Source: an uncultured Chroococcidiopsis sp. (lineage in GTDB: Bacteria; Cyanobacteriota; Cyanobacteriia; Cyanobacteriales; Chroococcidiopsidaceae). Taken from it: a DNA stretch of 64,000 bases. Location: positions 32,001-96,000 of the forward strand of contig CAXTYC010000005.1 of the NCBI GenBank assembly GCA_964248365.1, given 5' to 3'. Position numbers and translations under genes: made by a program. Of the stretch, positions 1 to 9,643 are shown piece after piece; the first letter of the stretch is position 1, and every line of letters begins with the position of its first letter. The notes beneath the pieces are model-generated. The model was not told the origin of the DNA, did not search any database, and saw nothing but the letters and a program-made list of their open reading frames with translations.

Positions 1-65
1 AATTGGTAATTGGTAATTGGGGAAAAGGGTAAAGGTAATTGTCCCCTTGTCCCCTTGTCCTCCCC

Positions 66-968
66 CTAGCCCCTAGCCCCTAGCCCCTCGCTTAAGCTGT
101 TCCAAGTCAGGAGTCCTGATTGGATGGAGGCTTGTAAGTTTGGGTAACGGGCGAGGAGAGTTTGAGCTTGCGGTAAGGGACACTCGGCACAAGCAAGGGC
201 GGCGGCGGCTTGCCCTTTTGGATCGCTTTGCGCGATCGCTTGCTCTAAATCGGATATTATGGTACAATCTGCAAACTTTCCCACCAATCGCCAAAGTAGG
301 GGAGATACTGTGCGAGAAGCGCGAAAGCGTTCATGGGCATAGTCAATTGCCATTTTAGTTAGTTCGGGATTAGTGCGATCGTCCAATCCCTGAATTAAAT
401 GCAGAGGACTACCCACAAACAGAGCTTTTAATACCATTTGGTTCCAAGCAAGATTGTCAAAATACTCTGCTGGATATGGATTTCGTAAAGCCACAGCGTT
501 GAAAACTGCTGTCATATTGCTGCGAACTCCTTCCGCAGCACGTACTTTAAGCCGTTCTGGATAAGGTAAAAGGGGAAGGGCTTGATAAAGTGCTACTCCT
601 TCTCCTACATCAGCGGTGGTAAATACTTGCTCCAAAGTTTGCAAATATTTCTCTGCATTATCTTGGGGTAGAGCCAGTACTAGTATTGTACGAGCGACTT
701 GATCCACGCTCCAATGAGCAGGAAACCAGCCTTTGCGCATTGTCGAGGCTGCTTGTAAGTCTTCTTGTGTTAGCTCCAGGTCTTTTTTTCCTACATAGCG
801 AGGTACTGCGCTAAAAGCAGTGAAAAATACTCTTGCACTTGCTCCCTGGCTAATTTGCCAGCTTTTTTCATCGAGCCAAGTCAGACCTTCTTTGGTAATA
901 TGCTGTCCCAGCCAGCGACGCATTAAGTCACTTACACTTGTTTGGTTTAAATAAGTTGCAGAAGACAT
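66..968 (-). CDS. eboA: EboA family protein (ebo metabolite-export cluster linked to scytonemin)
   Basis: Motifs W(S)VDQVAR, AAEGVRSNM, NPYPAEYFD..WNQMVLKALF and YAHER are typical of EboA; lies directly downstream of scyF; C-terminus (GARG) runs into a CTAGCCC repeat. Confidence 0.9.
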   Translation of the reverse strand: MSSATYLNQTSVSDLMRRWLGQHITKEGLTWLDEKSWQISQGASARVFFTAFSAVPRYVGKKDLELTQEDLQAASTMRKGWFPAHWSVDQVARTILVLALPQDNAEKYLQTLEQVFTTADVGEGVALYQALPLLPYPERLKVRAAEGVRSNMTAVFNAVALRNPYPAEYFDNLAWNQMVLKALFVGSPLHLIQGLDDRTNPELTKMAIDYAHERFRASRTVSPLLWRLVGKFADCTIISDLEQAIAQSDPKGQAAAALACAECPLPQAQTLLARYPNLQASIQSGLLTWNSLSEGLGARG

Positions 969-1176
969 AAATCTTATTACTTATAGGAGAGTTGCTTTAT
1001 TTCCTTTTACGCTTGCTTATGAATGTTTTAATTTGCTTTAACCCACTTGTGCTATTAGCCCAGAAATTAATTTCTGGGCGGGGTATCAGTCTAATAAAAC
1101 AGCCAGGTTCTTGAAAGGTTACTTTTGAAAGAGCAATCCCTTCTCCAAACAAGAGCTTTGAAGGTTCAACTAGCCT

Positions 1177-2373
1177 CTAGCTGGCTGAATTGAAGCTTTG
1201 CTTTTGCTGCAAATATTTCTTCAATCTGACAGCACCAGCTCCAATTCCCAGGACGGTTAATCCTAGTAATGTGCTTGGTTCAGGAACTTCGGTACTACCT
1301 TTATCGCCTTCCTTATAGTTGACATCTAACACTTGGACACGACCTTGGAAGAAATCGTTCACATAGTACTTGTCACCTTGTATGGCTGCACCTGACGTCC
1401 AGTTAAATCTACCTGGTGTGAGGTCGAGGGGATCACCATAGGGAGAGGGTGCGCCCAACGCTACAGGTGGTACGACATTGCCATTTGCATCGCGGGCAGG
1501 TTCGCCAAATGCAGTCAGGAATTTTCCGTCTTTATCGAATACTTGGACGCGGCTATTGATCGAATCGGTCACGAAGATATTATCTTTGCTGTCCACTTTC
1601 ACATCAATTGGCTGATTAAACTGCCCAGATCCGGTTCCTTGTTCGCCAATAATCTTAATCGGTTCTCCTTGTGGATTAAGTACCTGAAGGCGGTTATTGA
1701 GCTGGTCGGCGACAACGATATTGCCATCAGAGGTTATCCCTATGCCTGATGGTCCTTGAAATTGTCCAGGTGCACTACCCGTAGTGCCGCCAATAGTACC
1801 AACTATGTCGCCATTTGAATTAAATTTCAGGATGCGATCGCCAGTATAATCACCAACATAGCCAACGCCATCTTTGTCAAATGTAATTTGTGATGGTCCA
1901 AAGAAAGGTCTACCTTCAATCAGACCGCCAAATTGACCTTGAGCAATCGATTTGATATAGTTACCGTCGCCATCGAATACATTGACGCGGTTGTTGAAAA
2001 CATCACCCGCATACAGATTGCCAGTACCAGGCTCGAAGGCGAGCGCTGCTGGCTCGTCGAACTGTCCAGGTCCGCTGCCCGTACCGCCAATTCCTTTGAT
2101 ATAGTTACCTTGAGAATCGAAGACCTCAACGCGATCGACTCCGCGAGCGTTAGCTACGAAGACATCCCCAGTTGATTCCTGCACGGCTACGCCTTGGGGA
2201 ACGGCAAGCGTGCCAGGAGCGCCTGGAAACTCGCCTTGGGCTAGGTTAGCAGGTCTACCAATCTGACTGTCATATTGTAAAGTTACCGACTGCGCAAAGG
2301 CTTGCGCTCCTCCTGCTAATACCACACATCCGGCACTAGCAACAGCAATTGATACATTTTTTACTAATTTCAC
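1177..2373 (-). CDS. scyF: Scytonemin biosynthesis PEP-CTERM protein ScyF (NHL-repeat beta-propeller)
   Basis: Signal peptide, NHL repeats (GSGPGQFDEP, GQFNQP), C-terminal VPEPS + TM + basic tail; position in scy cluster. Confidence 0.9.
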   Translation of the reverse strand: MKLVKNVSIAVASAGCVVLAGGAQAFAQSVTLQYDSQIGRPANLAQGEFPGAPGTLAVPQGVAVQESTGDVFVANARGVDRVEVFDSQGNYIKGIGGTGSGPGQFDEPAALAFEPGTGNLYAGDVFNNRVNVFDGDGNYIKSIAQGQFGGLIEGRPFFGPSQITFDKDGVGYVGDYTGDRILKFNSNGDIVGTIGGTTGSAPGQFQGPSGIGITSDGNIVVADQLNNRLQVLNPQGEPIKIIGEQGTGSGQFNQPIDVKVDSKDNIFVTDSINSRVQVFDKDGKFLTAFGEPARDANGNVVPPVALGAPSPYGDPLDLTPGRFNWTSGAAIQGDKYYVNDFFQGRVQVLDVNYKEGDKGSTEVPEPSTLLGLTVLGIGAGAVRLKKYLQQKQSFNSAS

Positions 2374-2761
2374 GAGGTTTCACTCCTAGTTTTGAACCAA
2401 ATAATCGTTGGTTTCGCGTAGTGCGATTGTATTTACAAGCACACCGTCTTTTAAATTATCACTGAGTAGATGACTTCCCTGTATAAGTACTTATCAGAAA
2501 ACTGCCAGAATTTCTATGTCTGAAATTTCGATCTATTGTGGGCGATCGCTCTATTTGGAACAAAGGCATCACTTTAGTACTCAGATAAGTCTGGGATCAG
2601 AAACTTGCCTCACCTAACAAATCGTCAGTAATTGCACTCTTTCTGTCCCAGACTGTATTGTGCGATCAACTGTAGTGTTTGCTACACTTATCCCGAATAA
2701 CAAGAGCCTCTACAGTTGAAAATTAGATCTCTATTGAGCCTGCTTTCGTCTCAACTTTGTT

Positions 2762-4222
2762 CTAATCATCCAAGCCATTAGCAAATTTGACTCGATCAAG
2801 TAGCTGCTGACGCTTGCGCTTCAACATTGCGCCACCGCCTATAGCACCAAGAGCTAACACTCCTAGCATAGAAGTAGGTTCGGGGACTTCTTCTGTTTTA
2901 CCTTGATTACCGTAGCCATCCACGCCATCAACTCGAACTACTTCCCCATTTCCAGGACCAACGCCCTTGTTTACCAGGTAGATCTCATTGTTAGGACCAA
3001 CTGCGATCCCAGTACCAGACCGTAGCCCGTCAACTTCAGAAACTAAAGTTGTCCTCGTACCATCTGGAGCTACTCGAATTAAAGAACCTGGTAGATTTGC
3101 TTCGTCTGCACCCTTCCACTGTGACTGGTCAGCGAATTGTAAGACTAGCAAATTGCCGTTCTTATCAAACTTGATGTCTGTAGTTTGCGTAAACCCATCA
3201 GCGTAGAGTTGTGGCTTACCATCATCTCCTATGCGCCAAATGCGGGCTTTACCTTCGGGAAAAGGAAAACCTGAATATTCGCTAACATATACAGCGCCAT
3301 CGGGACCAACTGCGATACCTGTGGGTACTGATTGAAGAGTCGCCTGATTTGCACTAGGGGCAGGGGGCGTAGTTGCTCCTTGCTGACCAGCAGGCGGTAG
3401 TGCTTCTCCGCTCGACCCTGTTCCTGTCGTAGGTACGGCAGAACCGGGCGCAGGAGGTGGATACACTGGGTTGTCTACGGTTCGTGTAGGAATTACAATT
3501 GGTGTGAGGTTACTGCCATCGAGATTCGTCTTCCATACAACGTTCGCACCTCCATCAGCGATATAAAGATTATCACCCTTAATTGCCAGACCATAAGGGT
3601 TGCTAATTACGTCGCCTTTGTCAGGATTAGTCGTCAGCTCAGCTTTCGCCAAGTCAGCAATAGCTGTGTATTGACCTGTGCTTACATCGATTTTGTATAA
3701 TTTGCCCAAGTCAGGAGCATTAATTACTTGATCCGCTGGGAGTGGTGGAGCAATTTGCGCTTGCTGCGGTGGGAATTGGACATTTGCAGAAAGGGCATTT
3801 AGCTCTGAATCTCGGTTTGCTGGATTACCAGCCCACCCTGAAATAAAGTAACCATTGCCTTGATCGTCAAATTTGACATCTTGAGGACCTGCTCCCTCAT
3901 ACCCAGAAGGCTGTAATGCTAGAGACTCAAAATTGCTGATTACATTGCTAGTCTCACCAGTTTCTGGGTTAATTTTGGCGATCGCACCAGTATTACCTTC
4001 ACAGATCTGGGCATACGCTACGCTAGGCGATGGCTGACATTTGCCATCTCCCCCACGACCTGTCTCTCCTAGGTAGAGATCACCGTCAGGACCATAGGTT
4101 AGACCGCGTGCATTATCAAATCCTTCGGCAATTGTTGTTAAACTGGCAGCGTGAGCAGCTGGCATTCCTGCCAAGGCAATACATGAACTTAAAAGCGTAA
4201 GAGTTAACAGCCTAGTCTTCAT
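2762..4222 (-). CDS. scyE: ScyD/ScyE family PEP-CTERM protein (probably ScyE)
   Basis: Signal peptide, NARGLTYGPDG, QSVPTGIAVGPDGAVYVSEYSGFPFPEGKARI, C-terminal VPEPT sorting signal; lies between scyC and scyF; D versus E assignment uncertain. Confidence 0.8.
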   Translation of the reverse strand: MKTRLLTLTLLSSCIALAGMPAAHAASLTTIAEGFDNARGLTYGPDGDLYLGETGRGGDGKCQPSPSVAYAQICEGNTGAIAKINPETGETSNVISNFESLALQPSGYEGAGPQDVKFDDQGNGYFISGWAGNPANRDSELNALSANVQFPPQQAQIAPPLPADQVINAPDLGKLYKIDVSTGQYTAIADLAKAELTTNPDKGDVISNPYGLAIKGDNLYIADGGANVVWKTNLDGSNLTPIVIPTRTVDNPVYPPPAPGSAVPTTGTGSSGEALPPAGQQGATTPPAPSANQATLQSVPTGIAVGPDGAVYVSEYSGFPFPEGKARIWRIGDDGKPQLYADGFTQTTDIKFDKNGNLLVLQFADQSQWKGADEANLPGSLIRVAPDGTRTTLVSEVDGLRSGTGIAVGPNNEIYLVNKGVGPGNGEVVRVDGVDGYGNQGKTEEVPEPTSMLGVLALGAIGGGAMLKRKRQQLLDRVKFANGLDD

Positions 4223-4338
4223 ATTTTCGAGAGTGGTCGTTTAATAGTTGTTAGTTGTAGATACTACTTGATGATTGTTACAGAAAGAATATTGATTACT
4301 GGACATCAGGCATCAAAGATGCACTACGAGTGGCGGGA

Positions 4339-5283
4339 TTATGAAGGCATATAGCTCATTCCACGCGCAAACGTTTCTAGATTACCAGCCTTTGCCTCCA
4401 GAAAACGTTTGATGTTCATGCTTTCTGCACCAAAGTCCTCGAGTTGTAGCTTACCTCTGCGGGGAGTTTTGCCTACTTCCCAGAAGGTGAGTCGGTGCTG
4501 AATGCAACCAGGAGCAGACGGATCGCCGAAAGCATAGGAGGTGGGAATTAGAATCGTGGGGCAGCGCTGAATATAATTTTCATCAGGATAGTAGAAATCC
4601 TGTTCAATTAGGTAATAATTCTTCAGATCGTGGGTTCTGAATGTAACTTTTACCTTCTGGTTATATTCATCGAGAAATTCACCAGAGCTAGGAGCAATTT
4701 CGCCCTGAGATCGCAGTAGATGCGCCCATTGAGTCATGTTACGCAAATCTCCTAGGTAGGCGATCCCTTCTTCAAGGGGAGCATCGATATAGATTGTATC
4801 TACATCAATTCTGTAACGTCCCTGTGCCGCTTCTGTACATCCTGAAGAGCGTTCCAAAATCGCTTTGAGAGATCGACACTCAGAAGTATGTACTGTGTGA
4901 ATTCCCTCCATGATCATTGGATTGCGCCGCTTTGGATCTACAAAGCTCAACCAGTGGAAGTATACTCCCTTTTCGTCTGTGCCAGGCTCAATATATTCTG
5001 GAGGAAATAGAAAGACTGGGTAAACCTGGAAGTACTTTTGGTACTCAAGCCCACAGTGCCATTCTATACCAAAAAAGTCAGAATTTTCAATCTTTCTTAC
5101 GTGATAATACAGATCTGCATGATAGCCCGAAGCTGTACCACGCCAGGTATTCTCGTCGATCTGCTCTTTCATCCGACTGAAAAGAGTCCAATCGTCTAAG
5201 TTCTTTAAACTACACAGGTAGTCGAAAGCCGTTTGGGGAGAAGTTGCTATATAAGCAGAGGTAGCAAACGTATTTTTTTCCAT
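4339..5283 (-). CDS. scyC: Scytonemin cyclase/decarboxylase ScyC
   Basis: N-terminus FATSAYIATSPQTAFDYLCSLKNLDDWTL and C-terminus FGAESMNIKRFLEAKAG recognised as ScyC; follows scyB. Confidence 0.9.
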   Translation of the reverse strand: MEKNTFATSAYIATSPQTAFDYLCSLKNLDDWTLFSRMKEQIDENTWRGTASGYHADLYYHVRKIENSDFFGIEWHCGLEYQKYFQVYPVFLFPPEYIEPGTDEKGVYFHWLSFVDPKRRNPMIMEGIHTVHTSECRSLKAILERSSGCTEAAQGRYRIDVDTIYIDAPLEEGIAYLGDLRNMTQWAHLLRSQGEIAPSSGEFLDEYNQKVKVTFRTHDLKNYYLIEQDFYYPDENYIQRCPTILIPTSYAFGDPSAPGCIQHRLTFWEVGKTPRRGKLQLEDFGAESMNIKRFLEAKAGNLETFARGMSYMPS

Positions 5284-5303
5284 TGGTAACTCCTTTAAGG
5301 CAA

Positions 5304-6374
5304 CTAAGCCGCAACCTTGATTTTTTTGGCTCTCATAATCCGCTCTTCAGCCAAACGCTTAGAAGCCTCTTGCGTAGTTATTCCCTCGTGTTTAGCCTTG
5401 CTAAAAATTTCCAAGAGAGTGTCATAGATGTTATTAACTTGTTCTAAAGACTCGGCATCATCTAGATCAATCAGTTCACTGTAAACATTAATTAAGCCTC
5501 CTGCATTTATGACATAATCTGGGCAATAGAGGATGCCTTTTGCTTCAAGCATCTTGCTATGCATTTGCTCATCTTGCAACTGATTGTTAGCACAGCCTGC
5601 AATAATAGAAGCTTTAATAGAAGGAATTGTCAAACTGTTAAGAATTGCTCCTAAAGCACAAGGAGCAAAAACATCAACATCAAGCGAGTAAATTTCCTCT
5701 GGTTCTACTACTGTTGCGCCGTAGAGTTGTTTAATCTCCTCTGCCTTCTTCCTATCTACATCAGTTACAAAAAGTTCTACACCTTGCTTATGCAGGTAAT
5801 CACAAAGGTTTTTGCCTACATTACCAGCTCCTTGAACTGCAACTCGAAGTCCACTCAGTTCTTGTTTTTTGAGTTGAAATTCGCTGGCAGCTTTGATGCC
5901 TAAATACACGCCTAAAGCTGTTGCTGGGGCAGGTCCTCCAGCTTTTTCTGTTACACCCACAACATATTTCGTTTCACGCCCCATCGTCCTTACGTCTTCA
6001 GGGCAGATATTCATATCTTGACCTGTAACAAAACGTCCTTTGAGGCTATCAACAAAACGCCCGTATGCTCTGAGCATTTCATCTGTTTTGTGTTCAGGAT
6101 TAGCAATAATTACTGCTTTTCCACCACCTACAGGAATGTTCGCACAGGCAGCTTTGTAGGTCATACCGCGACTCAGACGCAGCACGTCTTGCAAAGCATC
6201 TTCCTCGCTGGCATAAGGAAACAGACGAGTAGCGCCCATAGCTCGACCAGGGCTGGTATCATGTAATGCGATAATTGCCTTAAAATTTAAATCTTTGTCA
6301 TGGCAAAACAGAACTTGTTCATGACCCATTTCTCTAACAGTCTCAAACAGCTTCACACATATCTCCTCATACAT
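5304..6374 (-). CDS. scyB: Tryptophan dehydrogenase ScyB (Leu/Phe/Val dehydrogenase family)
   Basis: LSRGMTYK, GGGKAVI, VQGAGNVG, NAGGLI motifs; lies between scyA and scyC. Confidence 0.92.
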   Translation of the reverse strand: MYEEICVKLFETVREMGHEQVLFCHDKDLNFKAIIALHDTSPGRAMGATRLFPYASEEDALQDVLRLSRGMTYKAACANIPVGGGKAVIIANPEHKTDEMLRAYGRFVDSLKGRFVTGQDMNICPEDVRTMGRETKYVVGVTEKAGGPAPATALGVYLGIKAASEFQLKKQELSGLRVAVQGAGNVGKNLCDYLHKQGVELFVTDVDRKKAEEIKQLYGATVVEPEEIYSLDVDVFAPCALGAILNSLTIPSIKASIIAGCANNQLQDEQMHSKMLEAKGILYCPDYVINAGGLINVYSELIDLDDAESLEQVNNIYDTLLEIFSKAKHEGITTQEASKRLAEERIMRAKKIKVAA

Positions 6375-6501
6375 AGGGATTAGGGATTAGCGATTAGCTA
6401 TTAGCACAGATTAACTTGTTAGTATTAAGAGTTTATAGCTCAAATGCAATAACTCGAAAAACCAAAAGCTAATAGCTAACAGCTAACAGCTAATAGCTTT
6501 G

Positions 6502-8403
6502 TTAAACCATTGGGAATGAAATCTGTTCCTTCTTAGCTGAAGAATTTGATTTCACTCCTTGTGCTTGCAAGCTCTTATTTCGTCCGCCAGAGGGTGCAAT
6601 CCGAGTATGATCGATGATTACGTCAACCACAAACGGGGTAGGAGATGCGAGCGCACTCTCTAAGGCTGACGAAATCTCCGACTCTTTTTCGACGCGGATA
6701 CCGTCGGCTCCCATACTCCGAGCCAGCATGACAAAATCAGTTTCTGGCATCTGAGCATCTGCACCCTGAAGCCCCAGCATCTTCATGCCTTGTTCGCACA
6801 TATTGTATCGGGAGTCGTTCAGGATAATCCAGACAGCCTTCGTGTTGTACTTCACCGCTGTGCTGACTTCCCCGCTGTTCATCAGCATTGATCCGTCCCC
6901 AGTAATCGCAACGGCTTTGCCGTTCCGTGCTTGGGCTGCTCCCACAACTCCGGCGACCATGTGACCCATCGAGCCTACACCAGTGCTGACTCGGTAACGA
7001 TTCGTTTTGTCAATGCGTAGAAAATGAGTTGCCCAAGTAAACGAGTTACCAGACTCAGCCATAATCACTGCATCGCTACCTTCGACGAATACGCGCTGAA
7101 TAGCCTCCATCACCACTTCAGGACGCACCATTTCGGTCGTAGCTGGACTAATTGCTTCTTGTTCTGGACGAGGCAGTTTTACACTTGAGGGACTCTTTTG
7201 AGGTAGACGCTTGAGCAGCGCCCGCAAAAATGCTCCTACATCAGAGTGAATGGGCAAGGTTTCAACAGATGAATACGCAACTCCTGGCACTTCGGGATCA
7301 ATGTCAACGTGTATGAATCCTCTTAAAGGAACCATCGTCGGATTCCAGAACGAAGTTGGTTCACCTAAGCGAGTTCCCAGTACCAAAGTCCGTAAAGGCG
7401 GTTGCTCCTGCATATATTTGATTACCGAAGCGTGTCCGCCCAAGCCTGTCACGCCGACAAATTGAGGATGGTCTTCGCTTAAAATTCCTTTACCACGCGG
7501 CGAACACATTACAGCGGCTCCGGTTCTCTCTGCTAAAGCGCGAATCTCTTCTGCCGCACCTCTAGCACCAAAGCCAACCCAGATTGCAAACGGTCCTTCA
7601 GATAGCAGATCTACGCATTGCTCGATTGTTTCCTCACTTGGAGTCGTTAGAGAATGAGACAGATCTGGGGGAGACATTGGTGTAATCAGACAACTTGTTT
7701 GTACTCCTGTAGGAATACTCAAGTGAGCAACAAAGCCGCCAGGTTGTGACAAGCCCAGAGCAAGTCGGCGAGAAATTTGTGGGAGTTGCTCAGCCGACTC
7801 GACCGTAGTGGCAAAATTGAACAGCGCTCCAGAGGTAAAGATCCCTGAGCTTGGCAATGTGTATCCGCTGGTTTCCTGAATCGCCCACCGTCCGCGTTGG
7901 GGTGCTGAGGTGCAAGCAGATATTAAAATCACTTTTGCACCCTCACCGCGTCCGGCAAATAATCCGGTTAGTGCGTTGGTCAGTCCGGGACCTGCTGTTG
8001 TAAATGCCACAACAGGGCGATCGCTTGCGAAATATGCTTCAACAGCTGCAAAAGCTGCTCCCCCTTCGTGGCGGCAATGAATCACTTCAATACTACTATT
8101 AGACATCGCTCCCCAAAGCGTTGCCATTGCTCCTCCAGAGACACCAAAGGCTTGGCTGATGCCTAGATCTACTAGCATCTGGGCGATCGCTTCTGAAACC
8201 GATGGTAATGTGGCTGGCTCGTCGTCTGGAAAAGGAACAATATTCTCGTCGTTTGCTCGGTCTTCTACGTCGTTATCTGTTTCATTGAACCTTTTGTAAT
8301 CGTAAGTAGGATCAATTGACGGCGTAGATTCTACGTAGGTACTTGAGTCAAAGTGAGAGTCAGTGACGATGGGCGTTGTTGATTGGGTATAGTTTTCAGT
8401 CAT
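6502..8403 (-). CDS. scyA: ThDP-dependent acyloin synthase ScyA
   Basis: RHEGGAAF, TAGPGLTN and GDGS...NDSRY ThDP motifs; first gene of the scy cluster. Confidence 0.92.
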   Translation of the reverse strand: MTENYTQSTTPIVTDSHFDSSTYVESTPSIDPTYDYKRFNETDNDVEDRANDENIVPFPDDEPATLPSVSEAIAQMLVDLGISQAFGVSGGAMATLWGAMSNSSIEVIHCRHEGGAAFAAVEAYFASDRPVVAFTTAGPGLTNALTGLFAGRGEGAKVILISACTSAPQRGRWAIQETSGYTLPSSGIFTSGALFNFATTVESAEQLPQISRRLALGLSQPGGFVAHLSIPTGVQTSCLITPMSPPDLSHSLTTPSEETIEQCVDLLSEGPFAIWVGFGARGAAEEIRALAERTGAAVMCSPRGKGILSEDHPQFVGVTGLGGHASVIKYMQEQPPLRTLVLGTRLGEPTSFWNPTMVPLRGFIHVDIDPEVPGVAYSSVETLPIHSDVGAFLRALLKRLPQKSPSSVKLPRPEQEAISPATTEMVRPEVVMEAIQRVFVEGSDAVIMAESGNSFTWATHFLRIDKTNRYRVSTGVGSMGHMVAGVVGAAQARNGKAVAITGDGSMLMNSGEVSTAVKYNTKAVWIILNDSRYNMCEQGMKMLGLQGADAQMPETDFVMLARSMGADGIRVEKESEISSALESALASPTPFVVDVIIDHTRIAPSGGRNKSLQAQGVKSNSSAKKEQISFPMV

Positions 8404-8824
8404 TGCCTTGCGGTAATTATAAGAAGTTCAACGAGTAGCTAGTGCCTATTTGAAGCCTCGAAGCGTTATTACACTCTATGAGGATTTGTAATTTCTAAAA
8501 TCTGTTGAAGTTTCTGATCTGGCTCGACTGGCGGTAAGGATCTCATTGCAAAGGTGTTGCCTAGGTAATCCCTAAGTTGGAGCGAGTATTGAGTTGTCCT
8601 TGATAAAAGCTATTAGCTATTAGCTGTTAGCTTTTTGTACGAGTGTCCTTTGAAGAATCACTAATAACCAATGAATAATCACTCAAAGGCGAATGACTCT
8701 TGACCGCTCTGGGCGTTGCTAGTAGACTCAGCAACGCTGAACAGTAATTTTACCTAATGTTAAGTAGCCACCCCAATGAGTAATCTTTTGATCGTGTTGG
8801 CTATTTTTTCGATCTTGTTCGTAC

Positions 8825-9643
8825 TTAACTAGCAGAGATGCGGCAGCGCTGCATATTTCTCCAAGCCTGGGGACTTGTGCCGTAAAATTGACGAAAATAG
8901 CGACTGAAATGGCACACATCTTGATAGCCAACTGTTTCAGCAATCTGGCTTACTGTCTTGTCGGTTTTCAGCAGTAAGGCGATCGCCTGAGCCATCCGAC
9001 GCTCGACTAGCCAGCGGTGTACGCTCTTTCCTGTTTGCTGTCGCATTAGGTTAGTCAGATAAGCTGGAGAGTAACCGACTGCTTGTGCTACGTCGCAAAG
9101 AGTAATCTGTTGGTGATAATTGTCCTCGATAAAACGGAAGACTTTACTCATTTGCGAACAATCAGGAAAAATCGAATGAGTCGTATTTAAGCTCACAGTA
9201 TTATTATTTTGTGGTTGTTCAGTTGGCACAGACTCGTCTTTATACCAGCGATGGAGGGTAGTGCGCTTTTTTAGTTGAGCAGCGATCGCAGCCATTAATT
9301 CCTTCAAAGTACAAGGTTTAGTGAGAAAGTCATCTGCTCCTAACTCCATCGCTTTGCGAAAATCAGTCCGGCTCGTCTTATTAGTGACAAAAATCAAGGG
9401 GATAACACTTGTAATCGGATCGGAGCGAAGCTTAGCGAGGACACTGTAACCATCGAGCATCGGTAGTGCGATTTCGCAAACTATCAAATCAGGTAACTTT
9501 TCTTTTACCCGTTGAAGAGCAACAATACCGTTCTCAGCACCACTTGCGTAAAAACCTTTAGCTTTCAGGCATTCTAGAAAAAGGTTTCTAGTTGGTAGGT
9601 TGTCTTCGATTACGAGAATTTTTTTCACGAGTTCCTCTCTCAC
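8825..9643 (-). CDS. REC-AraC response regulator (putative scytonemin regulator) with Glu at the phospho-Asp position
   Basis: N-terminal receiver (VIEDN, PDLIVCEIALP, FVT, LTKP) and C-terminal AraC HTH (VGYSPAYL, VGYQDVCHFSRYF); GAGGT RBS before the GTG; adjacent to scyA. Confidence 0.88.
   Translation of the reverse strand: MREELVKKILVIEDNLPTRNLFLECLKAKGFYASGAENGIVALQRVKEKLPDLIVCEIALPMLDGYSVLAKLRSDPITSVIPLIFVTNKTSRTDFRKAMELGADDFLTKPCTLKELMAAIAAQLKKRTTLHRWYKDESVPTEQPQNNNTVSLNTTHSIFPDCSQMSKVFRFIEDNYHQQITLCDVAQAVGYSPAYLTNLMRQQTGKSVHRWLVERRMAQAIALLLKTDKTVSQIAETVGYQDVCHFSRYFRQFYGTSPQAWRNMQRCRISAS

Noticed and set aside
5304..8403. Housekeeping leucine dehydrogenase and acetolactate synthase
   Set aside because: Operon context with scyC/E/F identifies them as ScyB and ScyA
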